From NCBI GenBank assembly GCA_038228205.1, contig JBBRPL010000027.1, positions 6,572-70,571 of the forward strand: 64,000 nucleotides of DNA, in the 5' to 3' direction. Positions 61,572-64,000 of the stretch are shown piece by piece. Both the position numbers and the translations under genes were made by a program. Source of the stretch: Chthoniobacterales bacterium. GTDB taxonomy: Bacteria > Verrucomicrobiota > Verrucomicrobiia > Chthoniobacterales > Chthoniobacteraceae. The notes beneath the pieces are model-generated. The model saw only the letters and a list, made by a program, of their open reading frames with translations. It did no database searches and was not told the DNA's origin. Numbering within the stretch: the stretch's first letter is position 1; each line of letters starts with the position of its first letter.

Positions 61572-62285
61572 ATGCCTTTGTTGAAGCCATTCCTCGTCCT
61601 ATCGTTTTGCGTAACGCTTCTCGCGGGCGTGGGCGCTTTGAAGGGTGAGCCGAATGCTCTCTCCCCCGAAGAGCAAGCCGCCGGCTGGAAACTGCTTTTC
61701 GATGGGACCAGCACTACCGGATGGCGCGGATTGGGCATGGACGGATTCCCCTCGGTCTGGGTCATCCAGGATGGCTGCCTGCGATGCACTGGCGGGGGTA
61801 AAGAGGCCAATGACCTTGTGACTGTCGACCAATATGAGAACTTTGAGATGTCCTTCGAATGGATGTTCCCCAAGCCCCAGGGAAACAGCGGAGTGAAGTA
61901 TCGGGTCCAGGAAGAGAAAGGGAAAGGATATGCCTTTGGCTGCGAATACCAGTGCATGAATGATCCGGAGGCCACGGACAAACATGCCAGTGGCGCGCTC
62001 TATGATGTCTTCGCGCCCGAGGGAAAAAAGCTCGTGCCGCAGGGCCAGTTCAACCAGTCCCGCATCGTGGTGCAGGGAACCCACGTCGAGCATTGGCTGA
62101 ATGGCGTGAAAGTCGTCACCGCCGAGTTTGGCAGCGAGGCGATGAATGCAGCCCTCGCCCAGAGCCATTTCCGGAATAGCGATTGGGGCAAAAAACCGCT
62201 GGGCCACATCATCTTGCAGGACCACCACAGCGAGGTGCTCTTCCGCAGCCTGAAGATCCGCGTATTGCCATCCCCCGCGCCCTAG
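61572..62285 (+). CDS. DUF1080 / 3-keto-disaccharide hydrolase family protein
   Basis: GWKLLFDG, NFE..FEW, GNSGV, EYQ, GALYD, EHWLNG, GHIILQDH. Confidence 0.9.
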   Translation: MPLLKPFLVLSFCVTLLAGVGALKGEPNALSPEEQAAGWKLLFDGTSTTGWRGLGMDGFPSVWVIQDGCLRCTGGGKEANDLVTVDQYENFEMSFEWMFPKPQGNSGVKYRVQEEKGKGYAFGCEYQCMNDPEATDKHASGALYDVFAPEGKKLVPQGQFNQSRIVVQGTHVEHWLNGVKVVTAEFGSEAMNAALAQSHFRNSDWGKKPLGHIILQDHHSEVLFRSLKIRVLPSPAP

Positions 62286-62303
62286 GCTCCATCGCATTTT
62301 CCC

Positions 62304-64000
62304 ATGATTCTCCCTCCCATGATATCCCCCGCCCGGCGTTTCTTTCCGACCCTGATCCTCGGCCTGCTTGCGCTGGCCCGGGCCAGCGCTCAGGAAACGG
62401 TCATCGATCTGGCTACCGTCGGGGGCTTGCGCTTTGACCCGCCCCGTTTCGCAGTCGAGCCAGGGGCCAAAGTGAAAGTGCTGATTCAAAACGTGGATGA
62501 CATGGCGCACAATTTCGTGCTGCTCAAGCCAGGCGCGCGGATGGAGATCGTGACGGCGGCCAATGCGATGCCCGTGACGCCCGGGTCCGATTTCATCCCG
62601 AAGTCAGACAAAGTCCTGCAGCATTCGCCGCTGCTGAATCCGTCCAAAAAGGCCACCGTCACTTTCACGGCCCCGGAGAAAGAAGACGCGTATCCTTATG
62701 TCTGCACGTTTCCGGGTCACGGGCTGATCATGTACGGCGTGATGTACGTGACGAAGAAGCCTATGCCACCCCTGGCCAAGGACATGAACCTCCCCGACAT
62801 CATTCGCGATGCGGGCAACGCGAAAAATCTTCACGCCTACACGCCCACGCCGCCCTACCTCTACCGCAGCTTTCTGCGGGATTGCGGACCGGCGGCCATC
62901 GCCGTGACGCTGCCGGGCGGGCAGAACTACTGCTGGGACGCTGGCGCCTGCCGCCTGCGCTACGTCTGGAGCGGCGCTTTCCTCGATCCCGCGCCGCACT
63001 GGGCCTCCAATGGCGATGCCTTTGCCGAGGTGAAGGGCCGCATCTACTACCGCGCGCAATCGGGATTTCCGTTGCACTTCGGGAACAAGGACAAAGTGCC
63101 GGTCGTGAAATTCCTGGGCTACCGGCTGATCCAGCGCTTCCCGGAGTTTCACTATCTGGTCGATGGGATCGACGTGCGCGAACTGACCAAGCCGCCGCAC
63201 CATGGCTCGGGGATCGACACGACATTCGTCATCGGGCCGACAGAGCAATCCGTGCTTTACACATTTGATCCCGCAGGGGGCGCCACGGTCACGGCCAGCG
63301 CAGGCACGATCCACGATGGGGTGCTGACGCTCACGCCTGAACAGGCCAAAAAATTCACCGTGACGTTCACGGAAATTCCGGGGCACGAGCCGTTGCGGTA
63401 TTGGTCGATGAACGATACGTTGAACAGGAAGAAGATCGGCCTGCTCGACACCGGCGTAAAAGGGCGCGGCGCCAACTTCTACGGAATCAAAAGCTGCGAG
63501 TACGAGACAGACGTCAACGCCAGCCAACTGGCCAATGGTGCGACCTTCGCCGCCTGGGTGCAGCCGCAGAAGCCAGCCAGGCCGAAGCCTGCGAGTAAGG
63601 AAGAGGCGGCCTCCACCGAACCAACTCCCACAGCCCCCGCGGCGCCCGAAGCCCCAGGCGAGCAAGTCGTGCTCGGCATGACTTCGGGCACCGATTATTG
63701 TCTTTTGGGCTGGAACCTGGCGGGCGCTCCGGGCTTCGGACTCATGTCGGCTGTCGGCAAAGGCGCACTGGTCGCGCAGATTTCCACCGGGCATCCTCCG
63801 GACAAGGGTTGGCACCATATCGCACTGACGTACTCAGCCGGGATTTTCACCCTCTATGTCGATGGCCGGCCGAGCGGCACCGCGAAGGGCGCCTTGCCGG
63901 CGAAATCAACCATCTTCCTCGGTTCGGCGGGCGGGTCGAAATTTGCCAGCACCTACCTGGACGAAGCCCGTCTCGACGACCGCGCATACACCCCGGACGA
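62304..64000 (+). CDS. Secreted azurin/auracyanin-type blue copper domain fused to an unknown domain and LamG (3' end beyond window)
   Basis: Manual translation: signal ..ASAQ, LRFDPPRF, MAHNFVL, YPYVCTFPGHGLIMYG; later WHHIALTY..LYVDG, LDEAR. Confidence 0.85.
   Translation, partial: MILPPMISPARRFFPTLILGLLALARASAQETVIDLATVGGLRFDPPRFAVEPGAKVKVLIQNVDDMAHNFVLLKPGARMEIVTAANAMPVTPGSDFIPKSDKVLQHSPLLNPSKKATVTFTAPEKEDAYPYVCTFPGHGLIMYGVMYVTKKPMPPLAKDMNLPDIIRDAGNAKNLHAYTPTPPYLYRSFLRDCGPAAIAVTLPGGQNYCWDAGACRLRYVWSGAFLDPAPHWASNGDAFAEVKGRIYYRAQSGFPLHFGNKDKVPVVKFLGYRLIQRFPEFHYLVDGIDVRELTKPPHHGSGIDTTFVIGPTEQSVLYTFDPAGGATVTASAGTIHDGVLTLTPEQAKKFTVTFTEIPGHEPLRYWSMNDTLNRKKIGLLDTGVKGRGANFYGIKSCEYETDVNASQLANGATFAAWVQPQKPARPKPASKEEAASTEPTPTAPAAPEAPGEQVVLGMTSGTDYCLLGWNLAGAPGFGLMSAVGKGALVAQISTGHPPDKGWHHIALTYSAGIFTLYVDGRPSGTAKGALPAKSTIFLGSAGGSKFASTYLDEARLDDRAYTPD

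Noticed and set aside
62604-63818. 404-aa minus strand ORF
   Set aside because: Shadow of the + strand blue-copper fusion gene

Overview
GC-rich bacterial DNA, probably PVC superphylum (Verrucomicrobiota/Chthoniobacter-like). This placement is inferred from the L32/CoaD style and a DUF1549/DUF1553/DUF1501 gene set. 1-17 kb, minus strand: a GH18/NodB/GT2 fusion running off the left edge, a sialate O-acetylesterase, and a housekeeping run (glycerate kinase, fabD, MFS, hybrid histidine kinase, coaD, yceD, rpmF, plsX, fabH, tatD). REP/MITE-like repeats interrupt this run, including a ~300-bp nested palindrome at 17094-17397. 17.6-24 kb: carbohydrate-active enzymes. 24-30.5 kb: an amino-sugar nucleotide cluster with a tandem double acyltransferase and an apparent 1-nt frameshift. 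30.6-57.1 kb: a dense block of large secreted proteins of mostly unknown function, including three paralog pairs (two ~1370-1390 aa GH-A-like giants, two 5-bladed propeller GH-like proteins, two PQQ-like-propeller/methyltransferase-fold/Cys-motif proteins). 57.4-64 kb: a cytochrome c DUF1549/1553 - DUF1501 - DUF1080 - blue-copper/LamG operon. The best candidate for an undescribed system is the 30-64 kb secreted glycan-processing locus, possibly redox-coupled, which has no SusC/D. I saw no tRNA, rRNA, CRISPR array or transposase. All functional calls come from motifs read by eye; no database search was run.
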